From: Nitrosopumilus sp.
GTDB lineage: Archaea; Thermoproteota; Nitrososphaeria; Nitrososphaerales; Nitrosopumilaceae
Direction of reading: 5' to 3'
DNA: 64,000 bases
Assembly: GCA_965205425.1 (NCBI GenBank)
Contig: CBDBGZ010000009.1
Span: 1,024,001-1,088,000 of the forward strand
The number at the start of each line of letters is the position of its first letter. Positions within the stretch are counted from its first letter, which is position 1. The position numbers were made by a program, and so were the translations under genes. Below, piece by piece: positions 20,747-29,659 of this stretch. The notes beneath the pieces were generated by a model that worked only from the letters and a program-made list of their open reading frames with translations, did not search any database and was not told where the DNA came from.

Positions 20747-21081
20747 AGAATGGAGACGACGATGATTCCTGGCACAAAGAGACATTTGATTTGTTCCCTT
20801 ACAAGTCCAGTAATTTCAAGGTACGATTTGTAGCATCAATGAGCTCTCCAAGTGAAGATGTAGGCATTGATGATGTAAAGATTACATCACAAAGTACTTT
20901 ATCTACAACTGTGAAAAAGTTTTATGGCGGCCAGCAAATGCTAATGTCACAAAATGTTACTACTACTACTGATATAGATATTGTACCAGGAACCATAACC
21001 ATTGGTGCCACTACAACTGATGGCCAAGTTGGATTTGTCACAGCAGGCCATGTTTTAAAACCTACTAATTTGTCCAGTTAA
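20747..21081 (+). pseudogene. Remnant of a secreted S1-type serine protease with a beta-sandwich domain
   Basis: Frame open from the IS end: NGDDDDSWHKETFDL...VGIDDVKIT...GFVTAGHV, then a stop; no catalytic Ser motif. Confidence 0.6.
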
Positions 21082-21190
21082 TTCTTAGACTTTAGAAAAT
21101 AATTGGACAAATGAAAGCCAAAAAGGGAAAATCCTAAGAGGCTTGGAAAAATGGATTATAACGCCATGCGTTTGCTGGGTATATGAAATT

Positions 21191-21346
21191 TTAGAAGTTC
21201 CAATACTTGATTAAAACTAAAATCAAGAAAATAATCAAACCAGTTTCAAATATTCCAATTCTAAATATCTGAAACTTGCCAACTCTCTTAATCCATTTTA
21301 CTAGAAAACTATCCTTTAACTTGAATTTCTTAGTAGAGTTTTGCAT
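21191..21346 (-). CDS. Putative 51-aa viral membrane protein
   Basis: MQNSTKKFKLKDSFLVKWIKRVGKFQIFRIGIFETGLIIFLILVLIKYWNF; not in the ORF track. Confidence 0.45.
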   Translation of the reverse strand: MQNSTKKFKLKDSFLVKWIKRVGKFQIFRIGIFETGLIIFLILVLIKYWNF

Positions 21347-21566
21347 ATACTAATAATTGATTTGATTGATAATTAATGTATCTGAATTTTTTTAATTTAT
21401 GATATTCGTTAGTCTTTGTACGGTGCTTTTTCCTGGTCCTAAAAATTGTCCTGGTGTTTCAATTGAAAATAGGCACGATTTTGAATGTTTTTTGAATTTG
21501 GTTTTAGTGCTGTTTTTGGCATGTTTGAATTCAGTTACAATATAACGATATTAGATAAATTACAAC

Positions 21567-21845
21567 TCATAATTTATTATGTGGCGTGTCTTTTTTCATT
21601 TCTTTTTCAAGTCTTCTAGCCTGATGAATGCCCATATATGCTACAGTGAAATTTTTTGCATGTGGTCTAAGAGACCTTTTAGTTTTATTTACTGTGAAAT
21701 CGTCTTTTTGATAGTATGATTGTAACCTGTGGCGTAATACTTTAGATACCCCTACATATTCCAGTTTTCTATTTTTGTTGAAAATTTGGTAATATCCTGA
21801 AACATTTTTTATTTTTGATATATTTTCTTTGTTTAGTTTTTTCAT
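21567..21845 (-). CDS. GIY-YIG nuclease domain protein
   Basis: SGYYQIF...EYVGVSKVLRHRLQSY and a downstream Glu (RRLEK). Confidence 0.75.
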   Translation of the reverse strand: MKKLNKENISKIKNVSGYYQIFNKNRKLEYVGVSKVLRHRLQSYYQKDDFTVNKTKRSLRPHAKNFTVAYMGIHQARRLEKEMKKDTPHNKL

Positions 21846-21851
21846 TTTATC

Positions 21852-21989
21852 TTAACCAATTCTAAACATACCAGTATTGCATTTGGCACATTTGCCTTTA
21901 GTTGCAGGTCTACCGTTCTTCATCTTTGTTTTGGTTGCACCTTTCATAGTTCTCTTTGATTTGCACTTTACACAATATCCCATAGTCAT
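21852..21989 (-). CDS. DUF5679-like zinc-ribbon protein (proviral copy)
   Basis: MTMGYCVKCKSKRTMKGATKTKMKNGRPATKGKCAKCNTGMFRIG; similar to the ORF at 45987-46133. Confidence 0.85.
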   Translation of the reverse strand: MTMGYCVKCKSKRTMKGATKTKMKNGRPATKGKCAKCNTGMFRIG

Positions 21990-22026
21990 AGTATTGTATG
22001 ATTATAACTGATATATGAGGATAAAA

Positions 22027-23700
22027 TCAGTTCGACAATACGACATCAGCAGATATTTTTAGATTCCCCAATAGTTGTAATACTGCCCTTAGTTGTGATT
22101 GTCCTTTTGGCAATACTAGACCACTGGTAAATTCATTGATGTTTTGAGTTGTTTTTCCAGCGGTGTTTATCCGTCCTATTGAATTAAGAATTTCAAACCA
22201 TTCATCATTTGATCCTTTGGATTCTAGTCCTATTTTTATGGATTTTGCACTAGTATCTACTGCTTCATGTTTTGAGAATTGTAATAATGATGGATTGTTT
22301 TCTACTTGTTTTACAGTTAGCAAAAAATTTCTTAGATTTTCTGGAACATAATCGGGGAATAGCACTTCAAAGAATCCCATAACTCGATTCGGTAAATATT
22401 CCATTCCGTTAACTGGTAGATTATTTAGAATTTCAACAAGTCCTACATGAGGATCTTCAATTGGTATATCGAATAAAGAACCGTTAATATCTCGTTTTCG
22501 TAAAGACCAGTTAATACTATCAGCTTCTAAACAGTCCTCAACTATTAAACTGAATGTAATTATTTTTTTAAATCTCAAATACCTAAACGTAGTTGAGAAA
22601 TTAATATCTAAATTTGAATCATCATAGTTATCTTTCTCAAATAATAAAGTTGGATTTGAAAAGTCTTGAGAGTTTGAACCCTCAACTGTTATTTTATTTA
22701 CATTGTTTGAGAAAATTCTTTTTCCCACATAGGAATATTCATATCTGGAATGCTGTGTTGTATGACGACCATTCCTAAAATCAGCAGTAAAGAAAGTTGA
22801 ATAAAAAATACTGGAAAGATAAACAAACTTTACATCTATATCAAAGTCAGATGATGAAGATAAAACAAAGTTAAATTCTTTATTTACATTTAGTAGGTTG
22901 TTTGTGTCAAATATTGTAATATCACTATCATATACGCCATTAGCATTAGTGGGATTAAATAGATTGTTTGATTCATCATAGAATCCGAATCCAGTGGGTA
23001 GACCTGTAGTGATTCTATCAGTGTTTACTTCATAATCCCAAGACATACCATTTTTAGATTCAACAGTACCAGATTTTGTTAATACTGAATTATTCCCCCA
23101 GTAACCGTTTTGTAGTTTGTCTAAAAAGTCAACAGGTGGTGCATTGTGAATTTCAGATATTATTAATGCCGAACCAGCAGATCTAGACAGTATCGTAAAT
23201 GACAGATTAGAATATCCTGTAATATCAAATTCTTTATAATATTTTTCTGATACTTTATTCATGTATGAATTATCAAATAGCGATATTTTTTTTGATATTT
23301 GGGATAGTTGCTGGATTGTAAATGGTATGAGAATTGAAGATATGGGAATGTCCTCAAAGTCCAGTTCCAAACTTATTCCTAATTTGGATTCAGAAATTTC
23401 AGAATCATCATAATTATGTATGTATATTTTCATCTCATCATCCCTATCTAAAAATGGAATTTCCGCCCTGATTGGGAATTGAGAGTATTTTAGAAGTTTG
23501 TTGTTGTTTAGGTTGTTCTCGTATACTGTAATTCCGTTTTTTGTGATTCTGACCTTGCCGAATTTGGCAAAATAGATGTTGGGCAATAGATCAAACTTGT
23601 TTATCCAAAGTCGTGATTTTGTAATGTTTTGGTATTCGAATGTTTTTACTGGTGATGTTGATTGAACCTGTAACAGTTCGTTAAATGTGTCGTATGTCAT
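22027..23700 (-). CDS. Putative viral vertex/spike protein
   Basis: 557 aa, beta-rich and N/S/F-rich; discoidin-like VEGSN...FRYLRF; N-terminus similar to ORF 24209-24652. Confidence 0.55.
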   Translation of the reverse strand: MTYDTFNELLQVQSTSPVKTFEYQNITKSRLWINKFDLLPNIYFAKFGKVRITKNGITVYENNLNNNKLLKYSQFPIRAEIPFLDRDDEMKIYIHNYDDSEISESKLGISLELDFEDIPISSILIPFTIQQLSQISKKISLFDNSYMNKVSEKYYKEFDITGYSNLSFTILSRSAGSALIISEIHNAPPVDFLDKLQNGYWGNNSVLTKSGTVESKNGMSWDYEVNTDRITTGLPTGFGFYDESNNLFNPTNANGVYDSDITIFDTNNLLNVNKEFNFVLSSSSDFDIDVKFVYLSSIFYSTFFTADFRNGRHTTQHSRYEYSYVGKRIFSNNVNKITVEGSNSQDFSNPTLLFEKDNYDDSNLDINFSTTFRYLRFKKIITFSLIVEDCLEADSINWSLRKRDINGSLFDIPIEDPHVGLVEILNNLPVNGMEYLPNRVMGFFEVLFPDYVPENLRNFLLTVKQVENNPSLLQFSKHEAVDTSAKSIKIGLESKGSNDEWFEILNSIGRINTAGKTTQNINEFTSGLVLPKGQSQLRAVLQLLGNLKISADVVLSN

Positions 23701-23882
23701 AGTATTACCTGATAGATTGCGGTGATTGATGATATTATGGCAATTGAGATTAAGATAAGGTCTTTCTTTGTCTTTTCTTTTCGCTGTTTTTCCTTAATAT
23801 GATTGTCTAGTTTTTCCTCCATCTTTGATAATCTGTTGCACAGATCGTCTAGTTTTGTCAGTATCATTTGTTCCAAAGTCAT
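23697..23882 (-). CDS. Small coiled-coil protein with C-terminal TM helix (viral)
   Basis: 61 aa; heptad region followed by LILISIAIISSITAIYQVIL. Confidence 0.65.
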   Translation of the reverse strand: MTLEQMILTKLDDLCNRLSKMEEKLDNHIKEKQRKEKTKKDLILISIAIISSITAIYQVIL

Positions 23883-23899
23883 CTAATACACATCCAGTT

Positions 23900-24208
23900 T
23901 TATTTTACTACTCTGAAATCATTGGCAGAAAATATGCGGACTATTGTTCCAGCCTTTAGTTTAAAGCGATATGCAAGTTCTGTTGATGTTGGTATTTCCT
24001 CATCATTTACGTCTAAAATTCCTGAAACTAACGCCCTAATTTCTGCATCTCTTCGGTTGCGGGTAGTTTGGTCATTTGCAACTATCCATAATCCAGTATT
24101 TCCATTTGTTGATGAATCCGCGATTTTTTTTGCGTTCTCGTATGATGGCATGTCTCTGGATACGATAAATGGGTGATGGGGATTCGGTAAGTTTGGAATG
24201 AGTGGCAT
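23900..24208 (-). CDS. Viral hypothetical protein
   Basis: 102 aa; abuts the upstream gene's stop. Confidence 0.65.
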   Translation of the reverse strand: MPLIPNLPNPHHPFIVSRDMPSYENAKKIADSSTNGNTGLWIVANDQTTRNRRDAEIRALVSGILDVNDEEIPTSTELAYRFKLKAGTIVRIFSANDFRVVK

Positions 24209-24652
24209 TTAATCACCAATTCCAACTAGAACAGAAGTCGTAATTTTTGCTTTATCTGTTCCATTCCATACAAAAAACGACAGTTCGGAATCTCTTTTGA
24301 ATTTTCGCTCCCTGTCAAATTTCAATGTTAGATTTTTGGTCAGTTTGAAATCACCAGTTTTATCATTCTCAAAAATTACAACACCACCCAATTCTATTTT
24401 TAACATTCCCTTTTCTTGGAATGTATCATCAAAAGTCAAGGATAGTTCAGTGATCAGAATATCCTTGTTGTATGGGTTTTTGAATGTCAAATTGGGTTTT
24501 AATGATAATTTTGAATCTGTCGATTCGATTGTAAATAACTTTGAATATGAATAGTCCAATACATCACGAACCAGTAAAACATTCAAAGTTGATGATAGTC
24601 TAGACTTTATTGATTCAAGTAATGTTATGTCGGTTATGTTTTCAGTAGACAT
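24209..24652 (-). CDS. Putative viral minor capsid / penton-like beta protein
   Basis: 147 aa with alternating beta pattern; paralogous to the N-terminus of 22027-23700. Confidence 0.55.
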   Translation of the reverse strand: MSTENITDITLLESIKSRLSSTLNVLLVRDVLDYSYSKLFTIESTDSKLSLKPNLTFKNPYNKDILITELSLTFDDTFQEKGMLKIELGGVVIFENDKTGDFKLTKNLTLKFDRERKFKRDSELSFFVWNGTDKAKITTSVLVGIGD

Positions 24653-24658
24653 GATTTA

Positions 24659-25327
24659 TCAAAAATTGCTATAATTCCTCGTGTATCTTGTAGCTCTTTG
24701 TGCTTCGGCTTGTTTTCGTTGTGCGGTTGCTTTACTGTTTGTGCTAGAATGAGTTGGCACGTTTCGTCCACCTCTGGTAGGTCTTTTGGATGTAGTTGGT
24801 CCTAATGATGAATTAGTTCTATTAGTTGACAATGAGTTGATTCTATCGGTGATGCTTGTTCTTACGCCTGTAGAGTTGCGTTGTATTTGTCCACGTCTAA
24901 TATCTGATGATGTAACGCTAGGATTGTTTTTGTATACGGTTCTTGATGATGTGCCAAGATTTGGAACGTAGGTATTTTGTGATTGTTGTTGAATTTGTGA
25001 ATATGAGTATGGGATAGTTGGTTTTGGCGGTGATTTTACAGTTGGTATGTTATGATAGATTTGTTGGTTTTGTTGTGGTTGTTGTGGTTGTTGTTGTGGG
25101 TTTTGATTTGGGTTATCTGTAGATTCAGGTGCAGTAGTATCAGGTGATGTATTATCTGAACTGCCACCAGAACCAGTAATCTTATTGTCAAGGAATTTGT
25201 TTAGTCTTGCATAGGCATTTTCTCTTTGAGAGTACAAGGCAAGTAATACAATTGCAATACCGCCAACTACTACAAGACCCGAACCCAAGGCAAATGTCTT
25301 TTTGGCAATTTTTAGTTTATTAGCCAT
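24659..25327 (-). CDS. Viral membrane protein with low-complexity Q/N/S/T region and Arg-rich tail
   Basis: N-terminal TM ALGSGLVVVGGIAIVLLALY; disordered basic C-terminus. Confidence 0.65.
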   Translation of the reverse strand: MANKLKIAKKTFALGSGLVVVGGIAIVLLALYSQRENAYARLNKFLDNKITGSGGSSDNTSPDTTAPESTDNPNQNPQQQPQQPQQNQQIYHNIPTVKSPPKPTIPYSYSQIQQQSQNTYVPNLGTSSRTVYKNNPSVTSSDIRRGQIQRNSTGVRTSITDRINSLSTNRTNSSLGPTTSKRPTRGGRNVPTHSSTNSKATAQRKQAEAQRATRYTRNYSNF

Positions 25328-25643
25328 CTTGTCTCCTGTTTTGTGATAGTGAGAATCGATTACCGAACCGTTGGTTTTTTGTTTGGTGTGGTTCTCCAGT
25401 AAGTGGTTTTTGTGGTGGTGCTGAATCAGATTTTAATGCCAAATATGCAGATTCCCCAAATATTGCAGTGTATAGATTGCCACCTAATCCCCTGGAATCG
25501 ATTTTTTTCCTTTGCTCTAAATCATATTCTTTTGTGTCTTTGTATGTTGAATCTAGTTTAGATTGGATTGTATCTTTGTATGAGTATAGAACAGCGATTC
25601 CACCGATTAGCACGATTCCGCCAAAAAATAAAGGCAAAACCAA
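25320..25643 (-). CDS. Viral membrane protein
   Basis: N-terminal TM LPLFFGGIVLIGGIAVLY; directly downstream of the MCP. Confidence 0.65.
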   Translation of the reverse strand: MVLPLFFGGIVLIGGIAVLYSYKDTIQSKLDSTYKDTKEYDLEQRKKIDSRGLGGNLYTAIFGESAYLALKSDSAPPQKPLTGEPHQTKNQRFGNRFSLSQNRRQDG

Positions 25644-25645
25644 GG

Positions 25646-26577
25646 TTATTCACCAGTAATGATATATCTCTTGTATTGACGAATTGCGTTCTCTTTGGAA
25701 GTAGTAGGTTTGGCAGTTATGAACTTCCACTTTATTGCATCAACATTTACGTTTGCTAGTCCACCGTTTCGTATATCTGCCCAGTCAATCATTACTATGC
25801 CTGTAGGATTATCTGATTCAAATCCAAAGTCGGCTTTTTGTGATCTTTGCAAGTCGGCAAAAAAGTCATGATAAATTGCTTCACCGCCACCCTTGACGTT
25901 CTCTAGTTTGATTTGTTTGATAACATCATTGTCATAAGTGGGATCTCCATCAGTAATATTCTTGAGACCTAAAAGAATAGTTTGAAGGTGTAAAGCCGAT
26001 ACTGGTCTAACTGAAACTGGTAATTCATCAGCAGGGTAGGATTTGTATTCTCGGGATATTTCATCTTGTGAAACGCCTTCGTTAATTCTAGTTAAATTAT
26101 CAAGGATTGATTGTATTTGATTTTCACCTTGTCCGTTGTCATAGACCTCAATGATAGATGCCCTTACCTTTGTTTTGGAATCAATTTCAGTGTTATTTGC
26201 AGTTCCCAAAATATCTGAAATTGAACCCCATGTTAGTTTTAGTTGCAATGAGCCTAGTAATTGTGCTGGGAGTAATGCCCTTACATCACTGATTAGATTT
26301 CTCTCAAAAGCAAAGTCTATGGGAATTTCGACATGGAATGTTTTTGAAGTATCTGCATCAGGTATTGAAAATGTGTCCTTGTGAATTTTTACACCATAGC
26401 CGAATCTTAACGCCTCGGCATAGGTTTTCAAATCACAGTCAAAGATATTATCATTTCCGTTAAGAATGACTTCAATTCTTTTGAGTATGTTTAGAATGTC
26501 GCCTTTTTTTACAGTTGTTCCTTTTGTTGTTCCTGTTTTTACTGTAACATCCAAATGTAATGATAAACGTCTAAGTA
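25646..26577 (-). pseudogene. Double jelly-roll major capsid protein (STIV B345-like), N-terminus cut by a MITE
   Basis: Frame extends to the MITE (LRRLSLHLDVTV); motifs LNILKRIEVILNG, IPIDF, LPAQLLGSLQLKLTWG, FADLQRSQKADF, IDWADIRNGGL, DAIKWKF. Confidence 0.78.
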
Positions 26578-26749
26578 CAGTAGATGGGAAAGTAAAATTT
26601 GATTCTTTGAATTTCGGTTAGTTCATACTGATTTCATGACGATATTTTTGTCAGTGCTATAATTTGAGCATGATATTTTCATAGGCACAAAATTAACATA
26701 AAAAAACTAGTGAAAATCGTACAACTGAAATCTACTTTCCCAAGTACTG
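26578..26749. mobile_element. 172-bp MITE with ISH3-like ends
   Basis: Left end CAGTAGATGGGAAAGTA is identical to the TIR at 19427; right end matches 15/17. Confidence 0.85.
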
Positions 26750-26787
26750 TACATTATCGGCCTTAAATCAATTTCAAACATCTCTGT

Positions 26788-27174
26788 ATGGTAGTAATTA
26801 TGTCAGTAACTAAATCAAAACCTCTTTCCTCAAAACAACTTCTCAAAGACCCCTCAAAAATGGAAAATGTAGAGAAATTAATTGAACTAGTAAAATTAAA
26901 AAACCCATCAATCGTATTCATCACTGGTCCTATTCACTCAGGTAAATCTACTCTAATAGACATGATAAAAGATTCTAGTTTTCACACAACCATCCTCATT
27001 GAACCAAGACTAAACCACACTGAAATACACCATGATACCATTGATGGGAATCTTCTCATAGAATGTCAATTAGACTATGATAAACTTCCTGGCTTGATCA
27101 GAACTGATATTCCAAACACAATACTTGTAAAAATGGAATATCCCAATTTCATCAAATCAATCCAAGTTCTCTAA
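26788..27174 (+). CDS. Short P-loop NTPase-like protein
   Basis: VFITGPIHSGKST Walker A; only 128 aa. Confidence 0.55.
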   Translation: MVVIMSVTKSKPLSSKQLLKDPSKMENVEKLIELVKLKNPSIVFITGPIHSGKSTLIDMIKDSSFHTTILIEPRLNHTEIHHDTIDGNLLIECQLDYDKLPGLIRTDIPNTILVKMEYPNFIKSIQVL

Positions 27175-27304
27175 CATTCTGTATTTTTACTTTGTTTCCC
27201 AACCCCAAATAACCATCAACACTCTTTGATGCTTTAAAATCATTTCTGATTCTATTGCATTGCAATCATTTTATTGTACAGACAAACTTTCATTTTCAAT
27301 TCAT

Positions 27305-28450
27305 TAGTTAAGGCATTAAATATTTGAATAATTTCACAACTCGAACGTCTCCATTATCTAATCTCTTCTGCATGTGTTTTCTCATCTCAGTTCCATTTGC
27401 AAAGAATGTATTGGCATTACCATTTTTCTCTTCTCTCCACTGTACCTCAATTGGATTGAGTTCTGGGGTGTATGCAGGAAAATATCTTATGATTACATTT
27501 CTTTTTGATACCTTGAGAAATTCTTTTACTCTGACACTTTTGTGGTATGATGCATTGTCTGCAAATAATAACAGTTTCTTACCAAATTGTTTCTGCAAGG
27601 ATTTTAAGAAATCAAGAAATGAGTCTGTGTTTGATTTATCATAGAACCTACAAAAAAATACGCCGTCATCCCCCAATGCACCAAATGATTGAAATTTTTC
27701 TCGAGTGTAATTAATTGGCGTGGTAATGTTATTCTCTGCAAGATACCATCCGCGCTTTATGTTAGGTGCTATCTTGTTTGTTGACTCATCCAGACATAGT
27801 GTGATATGTCCCAATTTGGAATATTTTTTGATACTCCTTTTTGCGTTTTTTTAAAACGGGTTTGTTCCTCTTTTGAGGCTGATTTGTGATGTGTGGGACG
27901 TGGTTTTTTTGATGAGAATCCAATTCTGTGCAGCAATTCACGCATTCCTCTTGCAGAGTATAGGGTGTTGTATTTTTTATTCACATGTGTAATTACCATT
28001 CTTATACTCCACATGAATTGGTTAAATCCAAACTTTTCTGGACCTGAAATCAGATCATTTCTTAATGATACTAGCTGTTTTTCATTTAGAAAACATCTAG
28101 AACCAGAATATTTCTTGCGGTGTGATGCAGATATTCCCTCTTCATCCATTCGATTTAGCCAGTAGGACAGAGTTGATGGTATGACATCCAGACTTGCACA
28201 TATCACAGAATACGGAATATTTTGTTTTCTTAGTATTGCAGCCTTTAATCTTATCTTTGCTTTTGCATTTTTTTCATTCTTGCATACTTTTCTTAAAAAA
28301 TTAATGCTTGTACCTTTCATGAATTGATTTCCAGAGGAAACCTTGGATTGTCTTGTACTCTTTGACATGGTTTCATGAATTGATTCTACGATCTAGATCT
28401 TTTGAGTTAAAATACTTGACAGTTTATTCAAAATTTATATGCCTAAACTA
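27305..28450 (-). mobile_element. IS630-family insertion sequence
   Basis: Imperfect 26-bp TIR TAGTTAAGGCATTAAATATTTGAATA (21/26). Confidence 0.88.
27308..28368 (-). CDS. IS630 transposase, HTH and DDE ORFs joined by a -1 frameshift
   Basis: TTT AAA AAA ACG slippery site near 27850; CLDES, ADNASYH, YTPELNPIE. Confidence 0.85.
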
Positions 28451-29455
28451 ATGAATCATGGTTTCTCTCTTGTGCGATGTCACATGCTCTCCAAATATTC
28501 TTTTGAATACAGAGAATACTCCCTCTACAATCCATCTATCCCCATAGCTTACGCTGAGCTTCCATAGATCCAAGTTATACAATTGTGCCAAAACGGACTT
28601 TCTCCGAGGATAACAATCAGTTACAACTGATGAGTTTTTTCTTGTTTTAATTGCAGGTAGAATATCATTATCATAATACAGATATGAAAAATTATCCTTT
28701 GTATCATATGCACCATCAGCCAAAGTTTTAGTGACATTGCCAAACTGTTTTGATTGCTCAACTAGCGATATGAAATGTTTTGAATCATGTGACTTGTCAT
28801 CTGTAATATCAATCCCTGTGATCTGTTTAGATTTCACATCTACTGCCACATGAATTTTAAGAAATCCTCTTCTCTTCTGCCATTTCTGTCTCATCCACTC
28901 ACCTCTGTTTGCAACCTTGATTCCAGTTGAGTCTATTGCAATGACAATGTCTTTTCCTAGTTTTGGATTCATCTTGATGTCAAGTTTGTTGACACGTTTC
29001 CAAATGGCAGAATATGTGGGAGTCTTTGTTTTGGATTGGAGGTGTGATTTTATCAGACCTTCTGTTTGTCTGAATGGAAGATGCAAATAGAGATGACAGT
29101 ATCCTAGTGCCTCCATGAAGGATTCAGGATAGACAAATCGATGACCTTCCTTTTTGTGATTCATCTCTTTTAGTTCCATACTCCATGATTCCATTGCGTC
29201 AAAGGACAACATGATTTCTCCACGTCTAACTAGTGTTTTGTTGTAATTTTTCCAGTTTCTGTTCATGGAATAATACAGAATATTCTGATCTAAAGCTTGG
29301 GTGATGAAATTAATTGGATCAACTAGTCATGTTGGGAAACACAGCAAGGTATATCATAAACAATGCTGGGATTCTATGCGTTACTGATATTCAAAAAATA
29401 AAAAATAAAATCTTACTATTTCTGTGTAATTAGTTTTGAAAATAATACATCCTTG

Positions 29456-29590
29456 TATAGCGAAAAGATAAAGTTCGTGAACTAAAAATCATCAAAAAAC
29501 TAGAGATTAGATGATTTTACCTAAGGTAAATACGAATAAACAATCTGAAACACCTTGAAAATAGTTCATGAACATATGCTTCTCGCTATA
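29456..29590 (+). mobile_element. 135-bp IS630-type MITE, copy 1 (terminal TA included)
   Basis: Ends TATAGCGAAAAGATAAAGTTCGTGAACTA and TAGTTCATGAACATATGCTTCTCGCTATA; inverted copy at 35297. Confidence 0.92.
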
Positions 29591-29659
29591 TAACTAAAAA
29601 TGTTTGAAATGGATGTTTTATCAGTATATGTTATTAACTGACATTGATTTTTTATAATA

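Larger units (their letters stand above)
21191..27174. mobile_element. Decayed provirus encoding a double jelly-roll capsid (boundaries approximate)
   Basis: Tightly packed co-oriented ORFans behind a STIV-like MCP; no integrase or att sites seen. Confidence 0.78.
27252..29266 (-). pseudogene. IS903-like transposase interrupted by IS630
   Basis: NWKNYNKTLVRRG, IDSTG, ADGAYD, RWIVEGVF. Removing IS630 restores ...ETMIH-ELKMKVCLYNKMIAMQ*. Confidence 0.85.
27189..29345 (-). mobile_element. IS5-family (IS903-like) element carrying a nested IS630
   Basis: TIR CTTTGTTTCCCAAC / GTTGGGAAACACAG (13/14); transposase split by IS630; no TSD. Confidence 0.85.

Noticed and set aside
18059..26690. Scattered TAGGCA[CT] heptamers in island intergenic DNA
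   Set aside because: Too short and irregular to distinguish from chance
19421..26754. TACAT flanking the ISH3-like IS and the MITE as a composite TSD
   Set aside because: The left copy is one base away from the TIR, so it is not a clean duplication
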